Part shown: positions 49,201 through 64,000 of the stretch, piece by piece
How positions within the stretch are numbered: position 1 is the first letter of the stretch
How the letters are laid out: every line of letters begins with the position of its first letter
Program-made: the position numbers and the translations under genes
Origin: Saprolegnia diclina VS20
Lineage: Eukaryota
DNA length: 64,000 nucleotides
Assembly (NCBI RefSeq): GCF_000281045.1
Contig: NW_008246077.1
Location: forward strand, 124,654-188,653
Direction of reading: 5' to 3'
The notes under the pieces: generated by a model
The model's database searches: none
What the model saw: the letters and a program-made list of their open reading frames with translations, nothing else
Told to the model about the DNA's origin: nothing

Positions 49201-51739
49201 GTGCGCGACCGCTGGAGCTCGTCGGGCACGACGCCGACCAATTCCATCCACAAGCTCAGCGTGTCCGTGTCGGTCTCGCCCTGGATGTCGCCGCGAAGCT
49301 CCAGCGGCAGCGCCCCAAACGGTGCCGGGCCGCGCGGGAACTGCCAGAGGTACAATCGCAGCCGGTCGTGCAATGGCACGGCAGCAATGTCCTTGAACCC
49401 GCCCTTGTTCGGCCCATACTCAAAGTAGTACGAGAGCGAGAGAAGCGACGACGCCACAGTCGGCCGCTCGAGAAGCTGGTCCATCGCGAGGATAAAGGCG
49501 TCCGTAAAGAAGAGCCGGCGGCGGATCAAGAGCGAGAAGAGGTCCAGTAAGGACGCGAGCTCGGCGTTCTGCGTTGGCACATACGTCTTGAGAAACGTCG
49601 TCAGCGGCTCTTGCAAGAACGACGCATGTTCGCGCGGCGACAAGTCGCTACACAACGCCACCATACAATCAAAATACTATAAAATATCCATACCGGGCAC
49701 AGAGCGCGTGGTTGTGCGTCTCGAGAAGGTACACGACCGACACAAACTTGTACTCTTGCGGTCGGTAGATCGAGACGGCCCACTCGCACACGGCGTGGAT
49801 CGCATGGACATCGACCGTCACGGGCTCGTCCTGGAAGATCTAGGCATATGCGAAAAGTCGACTTTGCCGTTTGATATGGTCGATACCTGGGCGTAGACGT
49901 CGTCGGCTTCAAGCTTGGTTTTGCCGCCATGAAACTCGTCGAGGAGCTCAAAGATCTCGACGTCGTGGCGCTGTTTCTTGTCGCCCAGTGCGTCCTTGTG
50001 GCGCTTGCGGGCGATCACCGCGTGGAACTCCTTGACGCGGGCGATGCGGGCAGTGACTTCGTCGAGCTTGGCGTGGCACTGCGTCAAGCACGCGGCGATG
50101 GCTTCGTCCGAGTACATGGTGCGATCAAAGAACCGATCGGTCAGCACAAATGGCGGCCACACTTGCAGCACTAGAAATGCATCGATCATCGTCACCCTGT
50201 CAAGCATGAAAATACCGTCGTCGCGCACGTGAATGAGGTGGTCCGTCGCGTACAGCAAGACGTCGCGGAGGAGGTGGCACATGCCGCACACGAGCGACTC
50301 GGCGTAGAGACTCGAGGGGGCCCCGACGTCCGACGGGTCGTTCACAAGCAGCTGCAAATGCTGCAGCACAATCTTGACGAGCAGTTTCACGCACAGCGGG
50401 TGCTCGAGCATGTCGGGCAAGAGCGTGTGCAGCGTCTGAAGGAGCTGCACCATGATTGGCAGCGGCAGCGGCAGCTCGGGCGTCGACGCCCCGGCCTTGG
50501 GCTCCAAACACTTTTGAAAGAGCGCGAGGAGGCCTTGGAGGTACCGATTCCGGTCCAGCAAATGCAGTTGGAACTGGTACGCCGAGAGCTGGAGGAGGTA
50601 CACAGTCTTCTCCAGCGCCGAGATCGATGGCACCGGTGGGAGCGCGGCAACGACGGGCTTGGCTGCAGCTTTTTTGCCTTTGGCCGGTTTGGCCGGCACG
50701 ATCAGCGGTGGTGTCGATGGCTTCTTCTGCTTGCTGCTGCTCGCTTGAAGCAGCGGCGTCGGCTCGTCGTAGCTCTGGCGGGCACTCGCAACAAGGCACT
50801 GGAGAAGCTGGCCCGTCCACTCGTACGCGCGGCGCTGGTACCGTTTCGAGTGGAAGAACCAGTCGCCGCTGCGATGGTCCGTGTCGCGCCGGAGGCTGTG
50901 CAGCTCCTGGTACACGACGTTGGCTTGGATGTACCACGTGGCTTCGGGGAACCCGCAGTTGTACTTGGCGACTGTGTCCAGAATCGGGCACTTGGACTCG
51001 TCGCTCGGGTGCCACGACTCGTGCGCAATGCCGCCGTACGTCTGCACCATATCCGCGAGCGTAAACTTGCCGCGCGCAAGGTCCAACATCCACATGTGGT
51101 GCGCGCCCGGCTCGGCGAACCGTCGCACTTGCTTGTACACAAACTCGATAAAGTTGTTGGGCGACGGCGCCGGCGACTTGGCCAGCGGCAGCGCCGCCAC
51201 GTGCGCCAGTCGGTCAAAGAGCGGGATCTGCTCGCTGAAAAACGCATACTGCTTGTGCCAATTGCCCGGCATGGGCCCGAGGCCGCGCGCGGTCTGTGCG
51301 ACGTACGCCGCCCGCCGCTTGGCAAAGTGGTGGTACTGCTCCTCTGGGTGTGACGGGTGCGTCTGGAAGATGCCCGGCATCCCCAATTTGGCCGTCGTAT
51401 TCGGGTTCTCGGCGTCCTACGTCCATGTACCGTCGAGAAGCGTGCGATGGAAGGGGCGACGCGTACCTTGAGGAAGCGCGGGTCCAGACCAAAGACCGAA
51501 AGCGCGTACCGGAGCGACGTCGTGTCCTCGGACGGGCCCTGGAAGCTGTTCATTTCGAGGAGCTCTTGTCGCTTTTGCAAGCGCTGATTTTGTGTCGATA
51601 AAAAGGCCGGCCGTGTCGCACTCGGGCGGCGCTGGACCGCCGTCGCATGGGGCACATGCCGCGACGACGAGTGCGACCGGCTGTTCTCACGATGGTCGCC
51701 ATCGACCCGAGCCGACACGGGGGGTGGACCGGGCATCAT
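46214..51739 (-). CDS. MED12: Mediator kinase-module subunit 12-like, multi-exon
   Basis: G.PG.F..HP..PEE, WMLDLA...L..., ATWYIQ, EWT..LL..L and Y...L..Y....LLDR..YL in the N-terminal Med12 region, plus C-terminal KMDPWARLDG; very long helical protein. Confidence 0.75.
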
Positions 51740-52751
51740 AGGCCCTCGCGGGCCACCGCTGCGACCAAAATAAGAAAGGGTGTTTGATACGGTTCGGCGT
51801 ACCGTGGTGGGGCCGCGCCGTTCGGCGGCGGCGCGTAGTTCTGTGGTCTGCCAGCATAAGCTGGGTGGCCATGGGCCACGGGCTTCTTTGTGCCATTCGG
51901 TCCCAACCCTGCGGCGCTACCCCCTACAAGCCGCTCGCAGCATGAGGTGCCACCCGTCGATCATCGCGCAACCGCACCCGGCGGGCCATGGCGCGGGGAG
52001 TGGCGCAGAGGTTCCGGCTGCTCCATGTTCACTGTGGCGCTTCCTCTTCTTGGTACGGCGATGGTAGCGCTTCTGATGGACGTCTCCTCCGTGGCCGCGA
52101 TCGTCGTCCTCCGGCCGCTTCCGACGAAACCAAAAACCAGCAAATTCACGCCCTATATTATTCCGCCTGGCCAATCGCCCTCCTCATTGGTGGAATTTTA
52201 CTTGAATTTCACCAATGGCGTCTCGGCATCGAACGCTGCCCGTGTGCGACGGACACTACATCAGTCGCTCGCCGAGGTCGCTGACGCCTGTCGCCACTGG
52301 CTGCATGACCATCGACGCACATAGACTCTGCGCGGCTGGCGCTTGTAGCTTCAGTGTTATGGCATTGCGCGTTTCCATCCGGCCGCTAGCGGAGCCCGCA
52401 GCCTCGCATTGATGCACGAGATTGCAACACCATCGAATGGTCTTGTGCTCAGAAGCGTACTAGTACTAGTACGCTGAGCTTTAGCGCCGCATTGTCGTGG
52501 CGTTGTTGCCACGCACGACGGTGCATAGGTCCTACCACCGTAGCGGCCAGGGCATCCATGCATGGAGCTGCAACCATTCCTGCCGCCCATCGTTGTCACC
52601 GAGCGCAGTCGCCTGTAGGACGCAGCAGTACGTAGAAGCAATCCCCGTGGACATCGACAGTGGTGCGTCTAGTAGCTGGGGCGTCGCGCGATCTTTGGGC
52701 GCAGTCCCACTTGCGCTTTGTATGTGGCTGGCTTGTCCGGATACCGACGCC

Positions 52752-54786
52752 ATGTCGCAGTGGAACCTTGGAAGCATGGTGGACGCGCCGGTGTTTCGAC
52801 CGACGCCAAGTGAGTTTGCGTCCTTCCCGCGCTACATTCGCACGGTCGTCGAGCCGCAGTGCCAAACCATTGGCCTCTGCAAGGTACATGACGTGGCGCA
52901 TGTCCTCTCTTTGCCGATTTGCACACATTAGATCGTGCCACCACTCGGGTGGGTCGCGCGCGCGTCTGGCTACGACAACGTAGCGTTCGACATCCACACA
53001 CCGCTGAGCCAGCACGTCGCGGGCAAGAAAGGCGTCTTCAACGTCGACCTCGTCGAGCGCAAGAGCATGACGCTCGACGCCTTTAAAGCGCTGGCGGTCG
53101 CCAAGGATACCGTCACGCATCTTCTCGGTACTCGAGTCATGTTGCGACGACGTCGACATCCGCGACTGTAGACGACGACGCCATCGAGCGAGCCTTCTGG
53201 AAAGGCCTGCGCCCGACCATGGAGCCGCCAGTATACGGCGCCGACCTCGTGGTAGATACATCGATTGGCGGCAGGCAGCGGACGCGGTTTCTCGATAGGG
53301 CTCGCTCTTTCAAGACGACGCGTTGAGCAACCCTTGGAACGTCAACAACCTCGACACGATCCTGCGCAGCGTGGACCTACCCGGCGTCACGCAGGCCATG
53401 CTCTACTTTGGCATGTGGCGTGCGATGTTTGCGCTCCATACGGTGCGACTGGTCCACGTCATGCCATATCTAGTCCGTGTTGTCTGCAGGAAGACATGGA
53501 TCTGTACAGCATCAACTTTCTACACACGGGGCGGCCCAAGTTTTGGTATGGCATTCCGCCGCAGTCAGGTACGACGCTGTACGGCTTGTCCACATCTTGA
53601 ATGACGTAGTAGCGGCCAAGCTCGAGCGCGTCGCGCAGAGCTTGTTTCCGGAAAAGGACATGACGTGCCATCAGGTCTCGACACCTCCAATGAACCAACG
53701 ACTCGACTCGATCTTCGACTGTAGTTTCTGCGCCACAAGACGTCGCTCATTGCGCCGACCAAGCTGCGCGAACACAGCGTCCCGTTCTACAAGGTAGCAA
53801 CAGGTATGCAGGAGCGACGCGGGTGGATGCGGCGCGTAGGTGGTGCAGCGACCCGGCGAGTTTGTGATTACGTTTCCAGGCAGCTACCACCAAGGCTTCA
53901 ACATGGGTTCAACCTTCCTCCTTTAGTAGTACGTACTACGACGTGCGGTAGGCTTTAACATTGCCGAATCGGTCAACTTTGCGACGCTGCGCTGGGTCGG
54001 CCTCGGTCGCGCGGCCAAGGTTCGCATTTGGCGTGCTAAGATCTGAGATCTGAGATCTGACATTTGACATCTGATAGCTGTGCCACTGCGTGCCTGGTCA
54101 AGTCCGCATCGATCTGGATGCGTTTGTACATAGCATCTTTTCGTCGCCGGGCAGTGACCGCCTCGATGCGGATGCGTGGGTGCTCCTCTGCAGCTGCGGC
54201 GCTTACGCGAGCAGCGCCGATTCGTCCGAGCACGACCTCGTACTGCGTCGTCGCCAGACATGGACGGCTCATGCGTTTGTATGTAGCAGCCGTCGTTCGA
54301 GTGCTCCACGTGCAAAGTGTGGGCCCACCTTGCGTGCGACCATCCGACCTTGCCTGTACACTCGTGACATATCGTGGTCGATCGACTGAAGCCGATAGGA
54401 ATAGAGCGATGCCATACCGTCGACGCTCCTGTGTCGGTACTGCCAAACCGCCAGCGACAAAGACCTCGCGCCGCCGAGCCCGCGCGGACGACCCAAGCGC
54501 TTGTGCAAGAAGAAGAATGCAATCATCTCGCTGCGCCGGTCGCCCGAGATGGTCGTCGAGGTGCACACTGCTTCTTCGGTGGGAGTCGTATGATGATGGG
54601 TGCGTTCCATAGGGCAAAGTCGTGGCTGTTGACGGCGCCTTTTTGCGCGTGCGCGTCAAGGGCTGCGCCGACGACGAGTGGCTTCGCGCCGACGACCCAT
54701 CGATTCTCAGCGAGCAGCCGACGGCCAAGAGGTCGCTCGCGTCAGCAGCAGCGTCGCCGGCCAAGCGACGTCGCACGTTGAAGTGA
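52752..54786 (+). CDS. JmjN/JmjC histone lysine demethylase (KDM4-like) with PHD-like and Tudor/chromo-barrel-like C-terminal modules, many exons
   Basis: JmjN APVFRPT.SEF..F..YI...GLCKIVPP.GW; Jmj[84 protein letters not shown]. Stop TGA at 54784-54786. Confidence 0.92.
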
Positions 54787-54809
54787 TGTAACTCAGATAT
54801 ACAGTCGAC

Positions 54810-55775
54810 TTGCAAAATCTTCGAAGTTGGGATCTCGCCCCACGAGATGCTTTGCACGTGCGCGCACGCTTCCAGGGGCAGAACGATGGCCTGGCAGACC
54901 AACACACTCGCATGAGCAGCGGTAGCGGTAGCGGCAGTCGCTGGGGCCATGCGCCCAACAGCAGCAGCACACACGCCGTCAATGGCACCGTGAGCCCACA
55001 TAGTATTGCTGCGGACGCGACGGCAGCCCAGCCCGCTAGCAGCGACGACATTGCGTTTCCTGCGACGCCCGGCGTGCGGATGGTGCCGTTCGTGGTGCAG
55101 CCCACGCTGCACACAACGCTGTGCCTCTCGTCGGCCGACTGCGGTCGCCACCTCGGCTGCTTCCAGCTGCCGTCGTTCCCGACTTGGTCGCAGTGCCTGC
55201 CGCCAGATCCATCGGCGCCCATGACGCCCATCGACGCCACGGATGCGCTGCACGCCTACACGGCGCTGCCCCCCGACACTCTAAGTCCTCGGCATGGCTT
55301 TTGCCGCGATCACCACAACTGCGGCGACTACTTTGGCGTTGCGCTGGGCTGCACCCTCGCACGCGCCTCGCCCGCCATGGTGGCTGCCGGCGTCGGCTAC
55401 TGCGACTGCATTACGACCCCGTGTCCCGTGGCACCGACGCGCTGCGACAGAGCCGGTTGCGTCGGCCACGGTCCCATGCGCGACGGCCCGGACGCACGCT
55501 GGCGCCAAGCGCCCCTGCGCTGCGTCTTTGACAGCGTCGCGAATACCTCCGTGTGCCAGAGTGACAACAGCGTTGCGCCGATACCGACGGGTGGTCCGAC
55601 AGCGTACAAGCCAGCGGTCATTGGGTTCTCGGACGAATTGCCGTCGGTGCAGTTTGCTGCTGGGGCGACGGTACTCGTCCTCCTCGGCGCCCTCGGTGTT
55701 CTCATTGTCGCCGTCTTCCGCGCCAACCAACTGCGATCGACAGCGTTGCCGTCATCGGTCCACGAGAAAAGATGA
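54810..55775 (+). CDS. Hypothetical Cys-rich single-pass membrane protein
   Basis: Uninterrupted ORF with Cys clusters and a C-terminal hydrophobic helix (FAAGATVLVLLGALGVLIVAVF). Start uncertain (possibly 54912). Confidence 0.55.
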   Translation: MQNLRSWDLAPRDALHVRARFQGQNDGLADQHTRMSSGSGSGSRWGHAPNSSSTHAVNGTVSPHSIAADATAAQPASSDDIAFPATPGVRMVPFVVQPTLHTTLCLSSADCGRHLGCFQLPSFPTWSQCLPPDPSAPMTPIDATDALHAYTALPPDTLSPRHGFCRDHHNCGDYFGVALGCTLARASPAMVAAGVGYCDCITTPCPVAPTRCDRAGCVGHGPMRDGPDARWRQAPLRCVFDSVANTSVCQSDNSVAPIPTGGPTAYKPAVIGFSDELPSVQFAAGATVLVLLGALGVLIVAVFRANQLRSTALPSSVHEKR

Positions 55776-55834
55776 TTTCGCGTCGTGTCGTCGTCGTATG
55801 TATATACTCGTTCTGCAAGGTCGTAAGCGGATGC

Positions 55835-57805
<1,971 letters not shown>

Positions 57806-58091
57806 GCGTCTGCCAGTCGCCAAGACGGATTTTATACCCAAAACGGACCAAGCCCCCGCCGCTCTTTTTATTACTTCCGCGTTCCATATGGCGCTTTGTA
57901 TGGCGTGCGCGCTGGCGACAAGGAATAAATTAAAATTGCCCACCGAATCCTCCGGCCGCGGCCGCCGACGGTCGTGTTCTCAGCATGAGAACAGCAACGG
58001 GATGGCTCATGGGGCGCCCATCGCATGCGCTCCCGGTAGAAATCCTGCAGCAATCCGGCGCAGTCCGTAATGCATCTGCAACAGTGGCATG

Positions 58092-59742
58092 TCACGCTGG
58101 CAACGTCAGGCGACCGTAGCTGCCTCCACAAGACAAATGGCAGTGTTGCATGGATTGGCCCTTCCATTGCAAGTGCAAGATGGTGCTACTGCGGTACGTC
58201 TTGGCACAGGTGCTCGGCGATAGCGAGCACCTCGTGGTACTCGCGACTCGGGTCCACGTCGGTCTCGGAGGCAAAGAGATCCAAATACACCCAGCGAACG
58301 TTGCTGGCGACGAGCTGCTGGAAGAGCGACACGAGGTCCAGCATCGAGAACGCGTGCTCGTGAAAGGCGACCCGCGAGAGCGCCGGCGACGCCTGCAATA
58401 GGCGGAGCAGCGTCGTGACCTGCGCCGTATCGCTCACAAAGTCGACCACGAGCTCTTCGAGATGGAGCATGTGCGTCAGCGCCGCTGCGAGAAGCTCGAG
58501 GTCGCTGACGTAGCAGAGCGCCAAGTAGGTCAAGCTACCTTGCGTCGTGGCGAGCGCGTGGAAGAGCGAGGCCTCGACGGGGTTGACGAGACTCACGGCG
58601 CCGCCGTCGAGCGTGAGGCCAACGTCAAGGCGCAAGCGCTGGAGCTGCGGCAAGGCGTGCAGGCCGACCACCATGCTGTTCCACTCGAGAAGATCTTTAA
58701 ACTGGATGCCATCGAGATGCAGACGCGATAACGTCCGCAGCTGTGCCAGCGTGGCCCACAAGAGCTGCCAGCTGTCCTGGGACAAGCGCACAAGCTGCAG
58801 ATTGAGGGCCGTGAGCCGCGACGTGGCAAGCACCTGCGCGAAGAGCGCCATGGTCGCGTCATTGAGCTGGAGCGGAAACAGCTTGATGCATCGGAGCGAT
58901 GCCGGGAAGCGGTGGCCCGCGAGCGGCTGCGTCACAAACAGCGTCATAAAGACGTCCGAGATGCCGCGGAAGTGGACCTTCTGCAGCGTTGGGCAGTGGT
59001 GCAACGCGCGGCAGAGGACGCGACTCGCGTCGCACAGGAGCTGGAAGCCTTCGAGGTAAAGGCGCTCGATTGGGTGGGTCTCAATGTACGTGGCCAGCTT
59101 GAGGACGACCGAGGTTGGGCACGCCGTCGTGGGATCATACGCACTCACGATGCGGAGGCAACGGCAGTTGATGTGCACGATCGCATCCAAGATCATATCG
59201 AGCTCGCGAACGTCCATGAGCGGGCTCCAGCGCAGCGTCAAGCGCTCCATCGCATCGGGGAGGTAAGTGAGGAAGGTGCAGACGCGCGCGATGGGAAATG
59301 TCGTTGGAAAGAGCATGAGCTCCAGCGACGCAATGCGCTCGCAGAGTGCAAGCCCCGCTCGGAAGCAGTCTTCGTACGGCAGCAAGAGCGCGATGTGAAT
59401 CTTGGTCGACGGCAGCACGATGCGCTCGATCGTCGGGAGGAAGTCGGGCGACGTGATCTGAACCGCCTGGAAGATCGGGACTGCGTCGCGGAGCAGGGGG
59501 ATGATCGTCCCAGGGGTTACGAAGCGAATATGGAGAACCGGCCAGAGCTCGCATGCACTGTACGTGTACCGCAGAGCAAGGAGGCTCGAGAGCGCGGGGC
59601 CGAGGACCCGGCGTGGTAGCGCCCGCAGGAGGCGGAAGACGCGCGTCGGCTCTGCGATGTACTGGACGATGAGCTGGAGGAGCTCTGGGGCGAGGGCGCC
59701 ATGTTCACAGCGCCCGCGGGAGGAAGCCTCTTGGACTTGCAT
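58092..59742 (-). CDS. RNI-like leucine-rich repeat protein with an F-box-like N-terminus
   Basis: LAPELLQLIVQYI...FRLLRALP...LGPAL..L..L...LWP.L N-terminus followed by LxxLxL repeats. Probable terminal intron; otherwise the stop is at 58186. Confidence 0.7.
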
Positions 59743-60909
59743 CTTCCTCTTGGCTCGAGGGAGGAATCGCGGTCTTGGCCATCGCGTACGTCCAGGAGAA
59801 AATCCAAGCGATCTAAAAATAGATCGCCAACAAGATTAATTGTGAGAGGTACTGTGGATATCGATTGCCTTCAAAACAAGATGCGAATAATACCTGTATC
59901 ATTTTATACGCTATGCCATTTGAACGTCGTTCGATGACATGTATGACTGTTAATCTTCCTTGTTGTAAGAGGCAAGCAACTGTGGTTTACGGCAACTGGC
60001 TTGGTCATTTGCGCAACATAGCCACGATTTGTGGTGATAGCAGGTGCGCCTTTGTGCACAGATTTGTCGTGAAGGTTTGGTCACGTCCATGTTTAACATG
60101 CGAAGCATACGTCAGCGCTCGACGATGCGAGCCATTTGTGGTCATAAAAGTACCATCGGCGGCGCGAAAACGCTGCATGAGAAACGTGGTCAGCGCACTA
60201 GTCTTTGGGGCATAGAATCCAGCCACTGGAATTATACGCAGCCGGGTGCACGCACCTGCCCGCTGCAGCCGTCGTGCAAGCGCACAAGCGGTCGTTTCGA
60301 GTCATCTCTATCGCATGCAGCTTACCAACCATCCGCGACGATCTGGGCGGCAAAACCCTTGCTCACGTTGGACTACTACCGGTCCTCGTTCGCTGCATTC
60401 AAGAAGCGTCGGAGCATCCAATCACGGACCTCATCGGCGACGTCGAAAGGCACATCCCAAAGAAATGCTGCACCCAAGTCGGGTCGCGTTGCATTTCAAA
60501 GCACGGACGCATCCAACACAAAATGGCGGGTACTTCCCGGTGTCGCCACTGCCTTCCATCATCCCATGACTGAAGCGGCTCCATGCAGCGCCACGAGGCA
60601 GCATCGTCCAGCGTTTCTCCATGCAAAAGTACCAGGTGGCATCGTCATGGGATAGTCAATGGCACGGTACTGCAGCCAATCCGTGTTCGATGACGCAGGC
60701 AAGCTGGCGCGCCGCGAGGCAAAAATGACCCAATAGGCAGCCGCTGGCTTTGTATCCGGATACGCCGCCGTCGCCTCTGCATTCCATTATAATGACTATT
60801 TTAATGCATCATGTGCGATATGTCATACAAATTATAGTATAATAAATGTCCCATGGACGGAAATATTATTGTATTTTTATTCCAACGCACAAACTTGGGG
60901 ATCTTCCTC

Positions 60910-60925
60910 GCCATTTTTCAATTTC
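60910..60925 (+). promoter_or_regulatory. INR/FPR core promoter element of the phosphoglycerate mutase gene
   Basis: GCCATTTTTCAATTTC ~15 nt before the ATG at 60941, downstream of an AT-rich stretch. Confidence 0.6.
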
Positions 60926-60940
60926 CCTCGAAACCCCAAG

Positions 60941-61762
60941 ATGGCCAAGTACCAAATCGTGTTGATCCGCCACGGCGAGTCGCAGTGGAACGTCGACAAC
61001 AAGTTCACGGGCTGGCATGACGTCCCGCTCTCGGCCAAGGGTACGACCATCGCTCCATGAAGGCGATAGCTCATGGCGCATGTAGGCGAGCAGGAGTCGC
61101 ACGACGCCGGCAAGGCCTTGAAGGCCGCGGGCTTCAGCTTCGACCAGGCCTACACGTCGGTGCTCAAGCGCGCGATCAAGACGTGCTGGAACACGCTCGA
61201 GGAACTCGACCTCATGTGGATCCCGGTCACGCGCTCGTGGAAGCTCAACGAGCGCCACTACGGTGCGCTCCAGGGCCTGAACAAGCAGGACACGGTCGCC
61301 AAGTACGGCATTGACCAGGTCATGGTGTGGCGCCGCAGCTATGCGATCCCGCCGCCGGCCCTTGAAGAGTCGAGCGAGTACTACCCGGGTAACGACCCCA
61401 AGTACGCCGACGTGCCCCGCGAGGAGCTCCCGTTCACCGAGTCGCTCGCGACGACCAAGGTCCGCGTCGTGCCGTACTGGAACGACGTGATTGTGCCCGC
61501 GATCAAGGAAGGCAAGAAGATTGTCATCGTCGCCCACGGCAACTCGCTCCGTGCGCTCGTCCAGCACTTGGACAACATCTCGGAGGACACGATCACGGGC
61601 CTCAACATCCCGACGGGCGTCCCGCTCGTGTACGACCTCGACGAGAACTTCGTCCCGGTCCAGCACGAGTTGGCCATTGCGCCCCTGTCCGGCCACTACG
61701 TCGGCAACCAGGACGAGATCCGTGCTCGCATTGCCGGTGTCGCCAACCAGACCAAGGCATAG
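60941..61762 (+). CDS. PGAM: 2,3-bisphosphoglycerate-dependent phosphoglycerate mutase (2 exons)
   Basis: [53 protein letters not shown] and LNIPTG.PLVY. Confidence 0.98.
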
Positions 61763-61892
61763 ATCGTGTTGTCCGTATCCACTTCATCCATTTTGCTTTC
61801 TGTCCATCTCTTGTTTGCACACCTTTGCAGCTTCACGTGATCAACCCCAAGCGGACAACGAGAACTCATTTGCCTGCTTTACACGACGTCGC

Positions 61893-63619
61893 TCACAAGT
61901 CGGTGCTGCAGAGCTCGTCGACAAAGTCGTTGGACAAAATATGGTGCGGGTCCCACTCGTTGCGCAGTGCGCGGTACGCGTGCAGCGGGAAGCGGCTGCG
62001 GAGTCGGTCCTTGAGAACATGGCGCTCCAACACGCTGCGGGGCGCAAACTCGAGCTTGGCCCAGTGCTCAGTCGCACCGTACGGCGCCATGACGTCTTCA
62101 AAGACCTTGGAGTAGTCGACGAACGCGTCCTTGATCGCGTCGAGCGACGGCGACGCTTCGTGCAGATAGTAGATGATGCCGACCCACGAAAACACTTGGT
62201 TGTGCAGCGGCGACGACGCCGGGCTCATGACCGCACGGCTGCTCGCGGTCCAGCGCTGCTCGATGGGCGTGTGCGCAGGAATCTGGTCGCGCTCGATGCG
62301 GGCGAGGAGGTCTTCCATGAACGTCAGGTCCGACCCGTCCGCGGACGGAAACGCGACTTCCGACACAAGCTGCTGGCCGCCGCAGTCAAAGCCAATGACA
62401 TCGTCGGAGAGCGCGACGCGCGATCCCTGGCTCTTTTCCCAAAAGCTCACTTCGGTCTCATTCACGCGCGCAATGTACCGGGCGTTGAGCGGGTCGAGCG
62501 CGTACAGCGAGTCGCGGAGCTGGGTGAAGCGCCAGTTGACGTGGTCCGGGTCCGGCACGGTCGCGACTTGCTTGTACAACGCCCGGAGCTCTTCGAGACG
62601 GTACTCGACATCGTCCGAGACGGGCGAGCCAACATGCGACCCTTCCGTGTACGGCTTGCACGTGACGACGACGACCTTGTCTGTGTACGGCAGCCACATG
62701 TAGCGCAAATGCTGGTTCTCGACGAGCAGCGACGCGTGCACCTTCTTGAGCTCCGAGAGCGAGTACAAGGTCGTCGTCTCGAGGAGCTTGTGCATCGGCA
62801 CGCACTGCAACGTGAGCTTGGTTACGACGCCGAGGCCACCGAGACCGCACTTGGCGAGCTGGAAGCGCGGGTCCGACGGGTCGTCGAGCGTCAAAAGGCC
62901 TTGCGACGGCGTCAGAATCTCCATCGACACGATCTGCTCTTCCATGGGCGGGATGGCGGCGCCCGTGCCGTGGCACCCAGCCTGCGTGACGCCCGCTATG
63001 CTCTGCTCGCGAATCGACGCGACGTTTTTGAGCGTAAGCCCGTGGGTGCTATATAGGTTCAGTACTAAGGACACGCGCGCAGTGCAAGGAGAACGTACCG
63101 CAAGTGCGAGAGCAGGTCGCCGACGACTACGCCACTTTCGATCGTCACTTGCTTCTTCGCGGTGTCAACGTGCAAAATACGGTCAAACGCGCTCATGGTG
63201 AGGATTGAGGCGTCCGAGAAGCCAAGACCGTTCGGACTGACGCCCGAGCCCATGCAGCGCAGCTTTTTCTGCTGCGCATGGTGCGCCGCGACTACGACCA
63301 TGCATCATGATGACCTTTCGCCTCGTCAATGGCTCAATGTACCAATGTCGATAAGCTCCTTGAGCGACTCGGGGTGGTAGACCTTGGTGGGGTGGCACGA
63401 GTGCGTCGCCGACCAATTGGTGAAGACCGCGTCGTCGCTCTCGAGGGAGGTGACTGCCATCGCCGACCCCAGCAGGCCGGCAGCACCGCCGAGGCCAAGC
63501 GCCAAGGCGCGGCCCATCGTCATGCTTGGGCGAGCAGGTCGCTTGGTGAGCGGCGTCGCGTTGGTGCCATGGAGGCGGCGCAGGAGGCGCTGGGCGAGCT
63601 TGGCGCGGGAGGTGAACAT
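61893..63619 (-). CDS. GLDH: Mitochondrial L-galactono-1,4-lactone dehydrogenase (plant-type aldonolactone oxidoreductase), multi-exon
   Basis: Arg-rich transit peptide and hydrophobic anchor, then NWSATH, GSGVSPNG, NVASIREQ..G..QAGCHGTG, GFDCGGQQ.VSEV.FP, PIEQRWT and EHWAKLE. Confidence 0.92.
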
Positions 63620-64000
63620 CCAGGTCCTTCTTTCTCGGTGAGTGCTCGAAGATTGCGGTCACCATGAAAAAACCTGTCTTTTCAAATACACCAGCCGGTC
63701 GTGCCAAATATGCAATATGCGAGGTTTCAAATATCCCAAGAGAGTCTCAATCCGAGGCCAGTCAAGGGTCTAGTGCTGATAGGTGCCCCAAGCTACTTAC
63801 TTTGGCTACTCGGCGTGGAGCTTGCCTTTGCGCCGGGTATCTGCACTGGAGTATACATCGTCGCTTGCGTACAACCAAGCAAGTGTATGTCGAAACGGAA
63901 AGTTCAGCCAACCACTCTGGCGACGGACGAGGCGAGCTTGCCACCTCGAGTGACTCATACCATCTAATTAATGCAGTAATACCAACAGAGCAGCACGCAA

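Noticed and set aside
51890..52324. Short ORF between MED12 and the KDM4-like gene
   Set aside because: No recognisable domain and weak codon bias; cannot be supported without expression data.
54040..54072. Short tandem 7-mers (AGATCTG x3 in a KDM4 intron; also CATATTG x3 at ~42769-42789)
   Set aside because: Ordinary slippage microrepeats with no further structure.
59865..60655. Overlapping ORFs upstream of PGAM
   Set aside because: No motif or consistent coding signal; possibly a decayed gene that I cannot identify.

Overview
Eukaryotic, gene-dense, GC-rich genomic DNA with very short (~40-75 nt) GT-AG introns and oomycete-type INR/FPR core promoters. It most likely comes from a Saprolegniales water mould (Saprolegnia-like); this is inferred, not proven. 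About 30 protein genes are recognisable: two inverted, near-identical MATE transporter copies flanking TRM10 and VTA1; an Air1/2-like zinc-knuckle protein; FEN1; a secreted RNase T2; a PH-domain PI4-kinase; a folate-receptor-like protein; a giant TPR protein; a mitochondrial citrate-type carrier; BRK1 (absent from the ORF track); an LRR protein; NF-YA; malonyl-CoA decarboxylase; PRP4; RRP46; TSEN54; a SHAQKYF-class MYB; PIG-C; MED12; a KDM4-like JmjC demethylase; SNF1/AMPK-alpha; an RNI-like LRR protein; phosphoglycerate mutase; and a plant-type L-galactonolactone dehydrogenase. There are two assembly gaps and a (TGTGCTC)n array. The most unusual observations are: (1) an intronless BED zinc finger fused to a bacterial-type peptidase E (S51) domain whose catalytic Ser appears replaced by Gly, a candidate one-component peptide-sensing transcription regulator; (2) a malonyl-CoA decarboxylase fused to a C-terminal cyclic-nucleotide-binding-like domain and ending in a PTS1 (-SRL); (3) a probable 3-nt ATG micro-exon in NF-YA; (4) an orphan protein with tandem PIP boxes and SIM-like motifs; (5) tandem decayed CHAT-like relics. 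Gene models were spliced by eye and no searches were run.
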